39,312 bases of DNA from Octopus bimaculoides (taxonomy: Eukaryota): assembly GCF_001194135.2 (NCBI RefSeq), contig NC_068985.1:115782577-115821888 (forward strand), read 5' to 3'. A model generated the notes under the pieces. That model was not told the DNA's origin and searched no databases. It saw nothing but the letters and a program-made list of their open reading frames with translations. Made by a program: the position numbers and the translations under genes. This document shows positions 23,841 to 36,719 of the stretch, one piece after another; within the stretch, counting starts at the first letter, position 1, and each line of letters opens with the position of its first letter.

Positions 23841-24382
23841 TGTAGCGCTACTAAAATGTATTTCATGATAAAATTATTTTAGTATTTTCTACCTTGTCTT
23901 ATTTTCTTTATACATATCAACTCTTGTGTTACTTTTCTACCTTCTAAACACACATACACACATACACTCACACACACGCACATTCTAAGTATTTGATATG
24001 GAAGTCTGAGTACGCTGGAAATTTTATTTATCACAACGAACGTTTCGGCATAATTCTGCACTGCTCCCTAACTGGTGGGGAACTGTATAATGAATTCCTG
24101 TGCACCCCACAGTGCTGAAATGCCGCATCAGATGACAAAACAAGATTCCAAGTTACATAAGAAACATTTCGATCATAGGCTTAGTTAGACGATGTTGGTA
24201 CTAGTCGCATCTCAAATACTACTAGAGATATACCCAAAATAGAGTTTGGAGCCTAAATTTAAAATTTTAATTTCAAATTTACACTTTAATCATAACTTAT
24301 ATTAATATATATATAGTGAGTTCATACAAGAAAAAGGACAAAAAAAAACAAAAAAAAAACAACAACGCAAGGATAGGATATA

Positions 24383-24416
<34 letters not shown>

Positions 24417-24874
24417 CATACAGAATTTTGTGTATTTCCATGCTTGCAAGCACTGTGTATCAAATATTGCATTTGGGTTTCTGGGTTGCGCGTGTATTGG
24501 TTCTGAATAACTGATGAGGAGAGGGTGCGTATTTTATAGCAATTGCTTCTATATTAACTTGTTTGTATGTATCTGTTAATGCATGTGGCGTACATAGATG
24601 CTCATTTATGTGTTGGCGTAATGTTGCACATCTGAGTATGTTCGATATATGTGATATACTTTTAAATGGATATCGTTTGCATTTAATGAATATAATTTCG
24701 GCTATTAATAGGATGAAACAAAAATAACTAAAGCTATATTAAAGTTATGGCTAATGTATTTTTTGAAGATCTGTTCGGTCAATGGATTGCTGAGTGGAGA
24801 AGTTTTTATTATGAGAATATGCTTGTTTAGTAAAGGTAAATGAGTGTTCACGCGCACTCTTGTGCGTTTGTTTG

Positions 24875-24947
<73 letters not shown>

Positions 24948-25487
24948 TTGTTTGCGTAAATGTTTGAATATAGAAAATGTAGGTGGTTTCATATCGGTGA
25001 TTTCCTGAGTAAAAGTACAGAGAAATAGGCTCACTCACTCGCAGACTCATTTTCTCGCTTGCTCTTTCAACCACCCTTTTCTCTCTCTCTCGCTCCCTAC
25101 TCCTTCTCTCTTCCTTTCCCTACTCCTTCTCTCTTCCTTTCCCTACTCCTTCTCTCTACTTACTCTCTCTCTCTCTCTCTCTCACTACTTCACCTCTTTG
25201 TCTCTCTTTCTCTCTATCTCTCTATCTATCTATCTCGCTCGATCTCGATGTTAAAAAGAAAATCAATGATAAGCACAAGGAAAAACACATTGACGTAAAC
25301 CTATATTTTTAATAGATCAACACTTCATGTTATCTAAATTAACAGACATACACACACACACACACAGACACACACACACAGATACACACGCACACACACA
25401 GACACAAACACACATTCACTCACTCACTCACATACACACACAATCACTCAAACCTACGCAATAGTTTATAACGTGAGCAACAGTATA

Positions 25488-25544
25488 GCTGAACCCGGAA
25501 CCATGTGGTTGGGAAGTAAGCCTCTTACCACACAGCCACTCCTG
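25488..25544 (-). mobile_element. SINE A head fragment
   Basis: CTGAACCCGGAACCATGTGGTTGGGAAGTAAGCCTCTTACCACACAGCCACTCCTG is the reverse complement of the family A head. Confidence 0.75.
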
Positions 25545-25563
25545 AGTCTTGTGTCTGTGTATT

Positions 25564-25594
<31 letters not shown>

Positions 25595-25723
25595 GTATAT
25601 AATATATATAGTTACATATATACATGCATGTATTAATAATGTGTGTGTATATATATATATGCATGTATATATATTGTATATATATATGTATACATATATA
25701 AATACATGTATATGCATTGTACA

Positions 25724-25779
<56 letters not shown>

Positions 25780-26624
25780 CACGAATATATATATGTCCAT
25801 ATGTATGTATGTATGTATAGTAAATCCCCTAAAAAAACGAAGAACAGACACCAAAAAGAACGACAGCGCGAGGAAGTGGTACATGTGAAGTATTAGCAGA
25901 CGCTCAGGGAAGGAAAGAAAGGTGGCTTTACGTTTCGAGCAAGGCTCTTCTTTAGAAACAGGAGACACAGTAAAGTTCAATAGGAAAGGTAAAACGGAAG
26001 AAAAATTCGCCAACGATTCACATCTGGTCACATTTTGAAAATATACGTATTGAGTTAGACATGCATATTATACATGCACACTTTTTGCTGATTCTACCAA
26101 TGAAGTACGAGCATTTGATATACATACACCCACACATAGAAGCATGCATGTATACGCAAATATGTCTATGTGTATATGTGTTTTCATCTACATAATCTGA
26201 AGACTCTTGTCATAGATGACAAATCAGGTTTCTGTAATTTCCAGCAGAACAACTTGCACGGATAAGTTGTTTATAGCGAGGAAAACATTATGCTGTGCAT
26301 TAGTTCGATCTCTCCATATCCAACTAAATTAATTTCAAAGAAACATCATGTGTATGTGTGTGTGCGCGCGCGCGTGTATGTTTGTGTGTGTCAATGTATA
26401 CATATGGACAAGTGTATTTTTACCCCGCCCAACCTATGTCATTCTAAATTATTTGGTACATGGATACTCAAATTCAGAGTGGTAACTCGTTGTATGTGCA
26501 TGCAGGTGTGTGTATGTGTGTGTGCGTATGTGTGTATGTGTGTGTGAGTGTATATGCGTGTGTGTTTATTTGTTTGTTTATTGTAGTTCCAAACGCGTGT
26601 CAAATTGTGCTAGACTCTTTCCAT

Positions 26625-26760
26625 CCCGGTAACATAGCGGCTCGGCAAAAGCGATTTATAGAATAATTGGCACACTTTACTCGTGTAATTTCTTCAACTA
26701 AATGCCCTTCAAGGAATTGGCCCAACATGGCTGCAGTCCAATGACTGATACAAGTATAAG
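26625..26760 (+). mobile_element. SINE A 3' part
   Basis: CCCGGTAACATAGCGGCTCGGCAAAAG...CAACATGGCTGCAGTCCAATGACTGATACAAGT matches the family A tail (reverse complement of 33812-33930 and 38888-38972). Confidence 0.65.
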
Positions 26761-26793
26761 ATATACCATGCACACACACGTATTTATATATAT

Positions 26794-26850
<57 letters not shown>

Positions 26851-27779
26851 NNNNNNNNNNNNNNNNNNNNNNNNNNNNNNNNNNNNNNNNNNNNNNNNNN
26901 NNNNNNNNNNNNNNNNNNNNNNNNNNNNNNNNNNNNNNNNNNNNNNNNNNNNNNNNNNNNNNNNNNNNNNNNNNNNNNNNNNNNNNNNNNNNNNNNNNNN
27001 NNNNNNNNNNNNNNNNNNNNNNNNNNNNNNNNNNNNNNNNNNNNNNNNNNNNNNNNNNNNNNNNNNNNNNNNNNNNNNNNNNNNNNNNNNNNNNNNNNNN
27101 NNNNNNNNNNNNNNNNNNNNNNNNNNNNNNNNNNNNNNNNNNNNNNNNNNNNNNNNNNNNNNNNNNNNNNNNNNNNNNNNNNNNNNNNNNNNNNNNNNNN
27201 NNNNNNNNNNNNNNNNNNNNNNNNNNNNNNNNNNNNNNNNNNNNNNNNNNNNNNNNNNNNNNNNNNNNNNNNNNNNNNNNNNNNNNNNNNNNNNNNNNNN
27301 NNNNNNNNNNNNNNNNNNNNNNNNNNNNNNNNNNNNNNNNNNNNNNNNNNNNNNNNNNNNNNNNNNNNNNNNNNNNNNNNNNNNNNNNNNNNNNNNNNNN
27401 NNNNNNNNNNNNNNNNNNNNNNNNNNNNNNNNNNNNNNNNNNNNNNNNNNNNNNNNNNNNNNNATATATATATATATACATATATAGAGAAAGAGAGGCG
27501 TCCATAAATACAAATACGTTCTTTCTCACACACGCACACACAGACACCCACACACACACACACACACACACAAACAGACACACACACAAGCAGACACACA
27601 CGCACATATGACAACATCTATCAGCTCATGCTATCATATGCTCTAGTCACCAATAACAGCACAACCGCCAACGTTGCAGTCACTGCCACATGTCGTAGAC
27701 ATTTCTAAGTCATGTACAATACTCTTAGCTGTGGTAAACATTTAATCCTCTTAAGTTATCACACATTGTGTGTCAATAA

Positions 27780-28206
27780 CCTACCACAAGGACTACGACG
27801 GCTACCATCCTCCTCATCACCACCAACCACCACTACCTATACTACTATCACTACAGTTAAAACTACTAGCCCTCCATCTACACCACCATCTCAACAGACA
27901 TCCACAACCAAAACCATCACAACTACCAGAGCAACCGTTACCCCTACCAATGGCTCCTCCGTCACAATCACCACAGCCACCACCACAACCACCACTACCC
28001 ACCGCCATCCCAACCACCATCATCCCCACCGATACCCCCAACGTCCATCACCACCGCCGATACCTTCACCTTCACGTTTACCTCCACCGTCAGCATCGCC
28101 ATTACCACCACTGCCACGTTTCTCCTCACCACCCTAATACTAATCTTACCATAGCCATCACCAACACTATCACTAACGCCAACGCAATATATACTACAAC
28201 CACCTG

Positions 28207-28268
<62 letters not shown>

Positions 28269-28271
28269 TTG

Positions 28272-28359
<88 letters not shown>

Positions 28360-28486
28360 TAATGGTAATAATAATAATAAAAATAATAGTAATAATAATA
28401 ATAATAATAATAAGAAGAAGAAGAAGAAGAAGAATAAGAAGACGACGAATAATAATAATAATAAGAAGAAGAAGAAGAAGAAGAAG
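27780..28486. repeat. Compound trinucleotide tract (ACC, ACT, AAT, AAG)
   Basis: Directly visible. Confidence 0.9.
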
Positions 28487-29045
28487 GTTTCTTCATTAAC
28501 CACATTACAGACAGTACAGGATAAAACAAAAATGTGTATGTGTGTGAATGTGTGTTGCGAGGGTTTTGCGTGTAAACAAGACTAACAACTTTCAGAAAAG
28601 GAAAAAAGAAAAAAAATCAACAATGCGTCATCCTCAATAGGGAGGAGACTTTCGAGGGTTGCTCATGGAAAATCACCATCAAAAACCATAAGTACCCTGA
28701 CTTTTGGGGCAGGTGCCTTTTTTTTCCCTTCCATTTTTCTAACTACGGGCGTATGCTCAGGGCAGGCCCGTTCACTCGCACTATACTCGCCACTTTCATC
28801 CACCTTTCAGCAAAATTGTTGGAAGACAACACTCCCCTCTCTACACTTATTTTCCTTTTCAAGTGAAACTTGAAGAAGTTGATCAGGGATTGGTCAAAAA
28901 GAAAAGTGTTTGTCTTCAGCCCCTTCAATCTCGTCCACCATACAACCTATTTCGCAATGACCACCAGGCGTATAAAAACAGCTTTTTCCTCCCGGTTGAA
29001 AGAAGGCGGCGGGCAATATTCACTATGGATTCAATTGATACAGTA
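28487..29045 (-). mobile_element. L1/Tx1-like LINE 3' fragment (ORF2 C-terminus and 3'UTR)
   Basis: KGLKTNTFLFDQSLINFFKFHLKRKISVERGVLSSNNFAERW is homologous to KGIRSSTFIYGPNLLNFFIFHLKR in copy 1. Putative 3' end TGTGGTTAATGAAGAAACC. Confidence 0.8.
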
Positions 29046-29104
29046 TAAGGTATTGGCTATCATGGCTTCTGATCTTAACTGATTGAAAGTGTTATAATGT
29101 ACAT

Positions 29105-29535
29105 GCCTTCGTATAAAAGATGGGCTTCAGCAAATATTCTGCTCAATACCACAGATTTTCATGTCAGTTGTTTGACCTTAACCAGTTGCGTATTTCCTTT
29201 GGTGGCTGACGATACGTGCATCTCTGATCATGAGCTGAAGTAGTCGGTGAGTATCATAGCCATGTGTTGAGAAGATTTCTTTGGAGTTTGAACAATTCAC
29301 CTTTGGAAACATGGGTGTTTTTTCAACCTCCTTAGACAATCCTTATTCAAGGACTATTTGAGTGGGATGGGCCACGCCTGAAAAAATTCTAATTGGACCC
29401 TACCTGTAAGGTCATGCGCTGTATATCTTAATATGAAATCACCATGTCGTGCACATATGGTTGTGATGCATGTGCCTGGTGTACCCTTATCAGACGAGTA
29501 GTCATGATGGGTATACTGGGTGTCGTATATTTTAT
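29105..29535 (-). mobile_element. Probable interspersed repeat (family C) fused to a SINE B core
   Basis: Recognised from memory as a frequent octopus repeat. Single copy in this window, so not verifiable here. Confidence 0.35.
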
Positions 29536-29688
29536 CCCAGTACTTGAGTGGTACATAAGATATCGTCCCTGAAAGGATGAAAGACAAAGTTGACCTCGGG
29601 GGAATTAGAACCCAGAATGTGAAAGCGGATTAAATACCGCTAAACATTTTGCCGGACGTGCTATAGATTCTGCCAGGTCACCACCCTA
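29536..29688 (-). mobile_element. SINE B head and core, preceded on its own strand by (CAT)n at 29689-29769
   Basis: GAAAGGATGAAAGACAAAGTTGACCTCGG...AAATACCGCTAAACATTTTGCCGGACGTGCTA...TTCTGCCAGGTCACCACC. Confidence 0.8.
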
Positions 29689-29769
<81 letters not shown>

Positions 29770-30464
29770 ACTGCGGCTACTGCTACTGTTGTATCAAAGA
29801 ATATTTACAGAGATTTGATGAGTAGCCAGAAATAGGCAAACGGACTTCTGACCTTCTTTTGGCGAAACACCATGGTATCTTCTCTAGTCTCAGTCGACCA
29901 GAGATACAAACACACACATAGTCTCACGCATAGACACACACACATACACTGGACAACATCCAATACCAAGAAATGCTAAGAAGCTTCCTCTTGCTTTGAT
30001 TGATAAGAAATAACAATCATCGTCTTAATTACTAACGCCCACTTTCATTCCATTGTTGAAATATGGTGCTGCATTGTCTATTGTACATGTTTTGATCGTC
30101 AGGAAGACATAAATCGGTCATTCAGTCGGTTAGATATAGCAGCGAAATATCCTTCGCTTCAGGCTCTAAACTCGTTTAACAGGAAGGTCATTTTAATTTA
30201 TGTGGTCTTTATTTCCGTCAGTCTGAAATCGATAGTTCTTACTCGGTCATGGCAAATCTAGATCATAACAAAGAAAACAAAAAACTATTACCATGTGATA
30301 AATACTACCACCATCACCACCACAACAACGACCACCAGTGCCACCATCATTACAATTCGTCGTGAGAGGCTCTACATAGATAGCAAAGTTTCTAGAAATA
30401 GCAGATATATTTACCTTTAATCCCATACAATTTCTTAGATAATTAACATCATATTGGATGATGT

Positions 30465-30625
30465 AGGCGTGGTTGTGTGGTAATGAAGCTTGCTTCCCAA
30501 CCACATGATTTCGGGTTCAGTCTCACTATATGCACCTAATGCAAGTATTTACAATTATGGCCGACCAAATCCCTGTGAGAGTATTTATTAGATAGAAAGT
30601 GAAAAAAGCCCTTCACGTATATATC
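30465..30625 (+). mobile_element. SINE A 5' part
   Basis: AGGCGTGGTTGTGTGGTAATGAAGCTTGCTTCCCAACCACATGATTTCGGGTTCAGTC...GGCCGACCAAA. Confidence 0.8.
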
Positions 30626-31286
30626 ATATCTTGATACTGTGTGGACTATAATCCCTGTTGACGGGTCGCTGGTATTTATAGATTGTTAAACACTCTCAGT
30701 ATGCAAATTAGGGACTCCTTCATAGAGTAACTGCTGCATTTGTTGAGTATATAAACAGTTTCACTGCTTTTTTTTTTCTCCGGAGACTGTCAGAATGGTG
30801 TATATTTATACCATATATATATATATATATATATGCATATATATATACATATATAAGCAACACAGAAGACCAAGTATCAGTGCATTACCTCTGTTTCAAG
30901 CGGCTCCATTTAACCTATCACTGCAAACATTATATCAATATGAAATAAACCGCTCTCCTCGGGGCATATGATCATATAAATTTCCAGCATACATTATACT
31001 CCATCATAATTTTTTTTAGCAAATGTTTCATTGGTACAAGAGACTAAAATAATTACATTGCTTCTTTTTGCTATCAATGTAGCAGGCTGAATTTAAGGAA
31101 AAAATACCTAAAGCCTGGACTTTAGGTATATCTAGTGGTATGTTGATTAAAGCCTTTTCACCGTTTAGTTTCCCGATGTCACAGCAGTTTCGAAATATTT
31201 GTCATAGGATCTACGTCAGAAACTCCAAAGTGTGCGTTGAGTTTTTAATGAATGGGGGAAACGGAAAATGGGTTTAGCAAGAATCT

Positions 31287-31528
31287 TTATTCAACACAAC
31301 AATCGATTCGACCCATCCTGCATCTGTCCCTTACGGGTTTGATATTATACAGCTACTTGTGTTGCATCCATCAATGCAGGTTGTGTCTCGTTAGGGGTCT
31401 CGTTTAAATAAGAGACATCTAAAGAGACGCAGCTTGCACACTAATGTATGCAACGCAACTAGCAGTACAATATCCAACCCGTAAGGAACAGATGCAAGAT
31501 GGATCGAAACGATCGTTGTACTGAATAA
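31287..31528. repeat. 242-bp foldback (long inverted repeat)
   Basis: Arms 31287-31401 and 31412-31528, about 80% identical by manual alignment, separated by a 10-nt loop. Confidence 0.9.
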
Positions 31529-32007
31529 AGAGTGCTGCTAAATCCATTCTCCGTTTACCTCATACATTATATATATTTGACAGAAGCAACAAGGTGACTC
31601 AAGGTCCTAGAGTTATGTGCGTTGGCACGTATAGTGTTCCTTTACACAGGCATGAAGCATTAGCAGCAGATCGAAAGCGTCTGCCATTTCCACTCTCACT
31701 GGTGTCTTTTTTTCGTCCGTTGCTGATACATTTCTGTTATTTTAGACTAACGTCCCAAAGCCCACCGCAATAAGTGAAAATCGGTGAAGTAGAAACAGTA
31801 CTGTATATTTTTTCATTAGTTTTTATAATTTGTATATATTTATTTTATTATAAATGCGAAACTACACCACGGAGGAATCGACATAAGCTTAAATAATAAA
31901 CTGCGATAGGTGAACCACGATATGGTGAGTCATTATTGTATACGTCGATACGAGATGCTTTCTCGAGAAATTTACCTCAGTTTTATGTCTTTTTATAATA
32001 TATCCGA

Positions 32008-32052
<45 letters not shown>

Positions 32053-32109
32053 AACACACACCCACACACACAAAATATATCAAACTTGCGTATATTAATA
32101 TATTGAGAA

Positions 32110-32216
32110 ATGGATGGACACCAGAGTTGACCAGGTTAGGATTGGAACTTTGAATGTAAACATCCGAAACAAATACCCCAATACACTTTATGAGACGATC
32201 GAACGATTCTGCCAAT
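32110..32216 (-). mobile_element. Degenerate SINE B
   Basis: CAGAGTTGACCAGG...GGAACTTTGAATGTAAAC...AAATACC...AACGATTCTGCCA. Confidence 0.5.
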
Positions 32217-32359
32217 GCAAAGTCCAATTAATAACAAGGAAAATCGTGTTTTTGTTTTTCTTTTTTCCATAAAGTTAGTAAACTCATCGTTTATTCTACG
32301 ATATAATTATATCGGATACTTCAGTATATTTAAATACATTTGAAACCTCACACATACAC

Positions 32360-32417
<58 letters not shown>

Positions 32418-33067
32418 AGAAAAAATAGATAAAGAGAGAGAGAGAGAGAGAAGGAGAAAAGTAGATAAAGAGAGAGAGAGGGGGAGCTTATACGCACACA
32501 TACACATTGATAATTTCTCAATTTCCCGTTGGTAGTAGTTTGCCAAGTATAGCTCTGTGGGAATTACATATATCTGAGAAACAAATTTAAGGTTTAAATT
32601 CAAAGGCAACAACCCTTTCGAGTTGTAGATGTGGAAACACTTGCTTTCAATTTAAAGAGCTTTTGATGAGTACAGGAACACGTTATTGGTTTCACGTCAT
32701 GCATAAAATTACATCTAACGGGTATATAACTTGGATGTTGTTAAATTGCTCTATCTATACAATATTATGCACTTCATGAACACATACATCACACGCGCAC
32801 ACTCACGCACACACGACTTTCTCCGTCTTTCTCTACTAGATATATGTGAATAAACTTACACATCTATAGACGTATATTGAAAATTATATGGATGTAAATA
32901 GACCTCCGTCGATTTTCGCGATGATTATCTCACTTTGATCATCTGGATTATCTACTGATCGAACCATGTCACTAAGTATTCCCAAATTCGTGTGCTTTTA
33001 CTCCAATCTGTAGAACCACCATCGCTCTGCAGCCAAGGCTGGGTTTGTAAATTACTAGTAAAGATTG

Positions 33068-33220
33068 ACGAAAGGGATTCTACACAGTTTTCAGTTACAC
33101 ATTTTCATCTCATCCAAGACATATCAATCGACTCGTAGCTATGATAAAACGAAAAAAAAAAAAACAAACACTCAGCCAGGATACGATGAAGTGGGATTTG
33201 GAACAGATACTTCATGACCT
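33068..33220 (-). mobile_element. Degenerate SINE A fragment
   Basis: GACGAAAGGGATTCTACACAGTTT...GTAGCTATGATAAAAC...GAAGTGGGATTTGGAAC, weak match to family A. Confidence 0.4.
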
Positions 33221-33750
33221 CATGGTTTTGACGCATTGCTGCAAAATGCACTTATTAACCACACGCCCGCGTGTGTGTTTGTGTATGTGTATGTGTTTAC
33301 ACGTGTAGAATATCAAAAGCTGAACGGTTACTACGACGGAGATAATGGAGTGAGTTGTGCACGCCTGTCTCCAAGGCTTTTTTGTGTGTGAAATTATATA
33401 TAATATATATATATGTATACATATATATATATAAACAATTGCAGCGGGGTAGGTGTTTATAAGCCATTTAAATAACACACAAAAACCGTTAGATTCATTT
33501 CAGTATTTAAATTTAATTTGCCAAAATACTTCCGTGCGCATCTGAGCATATATATATATATATATATATATATANNNNNNNNNNNNNNNNNNNNNNNNNN
33601 NNNNNNNNNNNNNNNNNNNNNNNNNNNNNNNNNNNNNNNNNNNNNNNNNNNNNNNNNNNNNNNNNNNNNNNNNNNNNNNNNNNNNNNNNNNNNNNNNNNN
33701 NNNNNNNNNNNNNNNNNNNNNNNNNNNNNNNNNNNNNNNATATATATATT

Positions 33751-34174
33751 CTTTTACTCGTTTCAATCATCAGACTTCGGCCATACTGGGGATATCTATT
33801 CTTTTATTCTTCTCGTTTCAGTCATATGACTACGGCTATGTTGAAGTGATTTTGTCGAACAATTCGACCTCACGACTTATTTTTAGCCTAGTACTTACTC
33901 TATCGGCCTCTTTGCTTTACAGCTAGGTTAACACACGAACACCATGTCTCAAGCGATGGTAGGGGGACGAACATAGATGCAAAGACAGACAAACACAGAG
34001 ACACACACACACACACACACAGACACATACATACGATGGTCTTCTTTCAGTTTCTGTCTGCCAAATGAACTTACAAGGTTTTGGACGGCACGAAGCTATA
34101 GAAGACACGTGCACAAGGTGTCACGCAGTGGGGTTGAACCCGGAACCATGAGGCTGAGAAGCAAGCTTCTTAAC
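33751..34174 (-). mobile_element. SINE A, near full length, with duplicated tail start
   Basis: TTTCAGTCATATGACTACGGC...CTAGTACTTACTCTATCGG...(CA)n...TTTCAGTTTCTGTCTGCCAAAT...GAACCCGGAACCATG...GCAAGCTTCTTA. Confidence 0.85.
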
Positions 34175-34206
34175 ATCTATCTATCTAACTATCTATCTAT
34201 CTATCT

Positions 34207-34707
34207 GGGCAATCTTTCATCAACTTCTTCACGTATCACCTGAAGAGGAAGGTGAGAGTAGAAACGGAAGTCTTGTCTAGTGAATGCTTCAAAAAAAGAT
34301 GGGTGAATGTAGCAAGGATGGCACGTGTGAACGACGGAGCCATCTTGAGCATAACCCTATGAACTAAAAAAAAAAAAATCCAAGAAAAAAAAAGAAAACA
34401 AATAGGCAAAAGAGAGTCACTTACTGTTATAGTTTCTTCAATGAGAATATTGACCAAGGTTACCGTGGTCTTTTCCGTAGGCTTTTCTTTCCACGGCCAA
34501 ACCTAAACTGTCCTCCCCTCCTTTTACACGAGAACATTACTGTGTGATACACGATCCCTATTGATCGCCCTTTTTTTTGATCCCTTTTCATCGAACTACC
34601 CCCTTTCCTTCCTACGATCCCTTTTGATCGACCCCCCCTTTTTTTTCTCCCCCTCCCAAAAAGAAAAGCGCTACATTGTATTTGTCCCATCTTCGTTGAG
34701 CCCTGTG
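34207..34707 (+). mobile_element. L1/Tx1-like LINE 3' fragment, 5'-truncated; end runs into a gap
   Basis: 34207-34362 reads GQSFINFFTYHLKRKVRVETEVLSSECFKKRWVNVARMARVNDGAILSITL*. 3'UTR ends TGTCCCATCTTCGTTGAGCCCTGTG. Confidence 0.85.
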
Positions 34708-35153
34708 NNNNNNNNNNNNNNNNNNNNNNNNNNNNNNNNNNNNNNNNNNNNNNNNNNNNNNNNNNNNNNNNNNNNNNNNNNNNNNNNNNNNNNNNNNNNN
34801 NNNNNNNNNNNNNNNNNNNNNNNNNNNNNNNNNNNNNNNNNNNNNNNNNNNNNNNNNNNNNNNNNNNNNNNNNNNNNNNNNNNNNNNNNNNNNNNNNNNN
34901 NNNNNNNNNNNNNNNNNNNNNNNNNNNNNNNNNNNNNNNNNNNNNNNNNNNNNNNNNNNNNNNNNNNNNNNNNNNNNNNNNNNNNNNNNNNNNNNNNNNN
35001 NNNNNNNNNNNNNNNNNNNNNNNNNNNNNNNNNNNNNNNNNNNNNTACAAATAAAACATAAAAAAACAGACAGCGTTGGAACTCTTTTAAACAAAATAAT
35101 ATATTCCTCTATACACAATCATACAAAACCCCTTTTTTGTATTTATTTTTACT

Positions 35154-35198
<45 letters not shown>

Positions 35199-35979
35199 GA
35201 AGCCAGAGAGAGACAGAGACAGAGATATGAATAGAGATAAATGAAATATGATATAACATTAATTCTTGACTCATTAAGATTTTCCCTGGCTGTATAGAAT
35301 CAGTCTCAAATACGAAATAGTAATTGAAGCTAGCTCCGTATAACAGAGGGAGAGAATCTCAGGAATTAAGTCAATTAAGGAAAAGGAGCGGTTGATGTTA
35401 GGGAGACTTAATACCACATGTTTCTTTCTCAATAGGCGTCATCAGCACATCTAAAAGCTAAGACATATACACAAAGTGTAGCATACATATATCGCCTTGG
35501 CTATTTGCGTATGTAAATATACTTGTGTAGATAGACAGATAAGCATTTACGTTCCGTTATATTTATATATGTAATTAGGAATTCGAGTGTGTATGAGTAT
35601 GTAAACAAATGTATGCGGATATATAAATAATTTTCTTGGGATGTATAAATATGTACATAAAAATAAAAAATATATGCTCTTATTTGCATGTCTATGCTTG
35701 TATATGTGTATGTGTGTGTGTCTGTGAGTGTAGCTCTTTATGTATGTGTATAAGTTTAAAGTGAGTGTGTGTATTTTTCATCTATACCCTCTAAATACAT
35801 ATTTATACTTTCCTATTTATGCACAATCACATACAAAAACAATTATTTCTACCCAAAAGTGTGTGACTGTGTCTATATGTGTATGTGCACATATGTATAA
35901 TACATATATATACATGTATGTGCGTATTTGTTTTGTACGTTTGCATATATACACACACACACGCACGCACACACACACG

Positions 35980-36055
<76 letters not shown>

Positions 36056-36719
36056 CGTACATAAACTGCCAGACAAACAGACAGAAAAGGACTCCCAGCG
36101 TAGACACATATCTATACGTATGTATATGTAGGTATATATTAATACTTATACAGATAATGTATCATTTATTTAGTCACGTAAACGAAGATCCATTCTGTTC
36201 CCAGACACTGATAGCTCAGGAATGACAATGACAGAATATATGTAAATATATAATTGCTGACAATTACCCAATAAAATAGAAAAGTAAACAAAACAAAATA
36301 AAAGACAATAAAAAGAAATACACAAATATAACAAAAAGATACAAATAAAAAAAACTTAACAAACTAAAATATCCAGTAATACAGCGATACCTCTCGGGGT
36401 ATTTCGACAATAAAGTAAAATCTTCCGCCATCTTTCCTGTCGTGTTGGGTTTCCCCCGCTTCTGTCTTTTCCTGTCTTTTTATTTCTCTTTTTCTTTTTC
36501 TTTTTTGTTTAGTACTGATACATTTATAAGGTGTTTTTGTTGTTCTTGCTGCTGCTGTTTTTGTTGTTGTTGTTACATTGCACGATGTTTGATGTGAATA
36601 CCGAATGTATCTGTAGATTTTAAATATATTTCGTGTTATGGGATCGTTTGTCACTGTATATATTTATTTCTGGTTACATTTAATACGTAACTTTTTTGTT
36701 TACATACATACACACACAT

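Noticed and set aside
30701-30755. Octamer ATGCAAAT plus TATATAAA
   Set aside because: Both motifs are common by chance in AT-rich DNA, and no downstream gene is evident.
33755-33772. Minus-strand CTGATGA-TT-GAAAC
   Set aside because: A mutated copy of the SINE A tail (AATGACTGAAAC), with no stems.
34240-34275. Hammerhead-like CTGAAGA...GAAAC
   Set aside because: No stem II, and it lies inside LINE ORF2 coding sequence.
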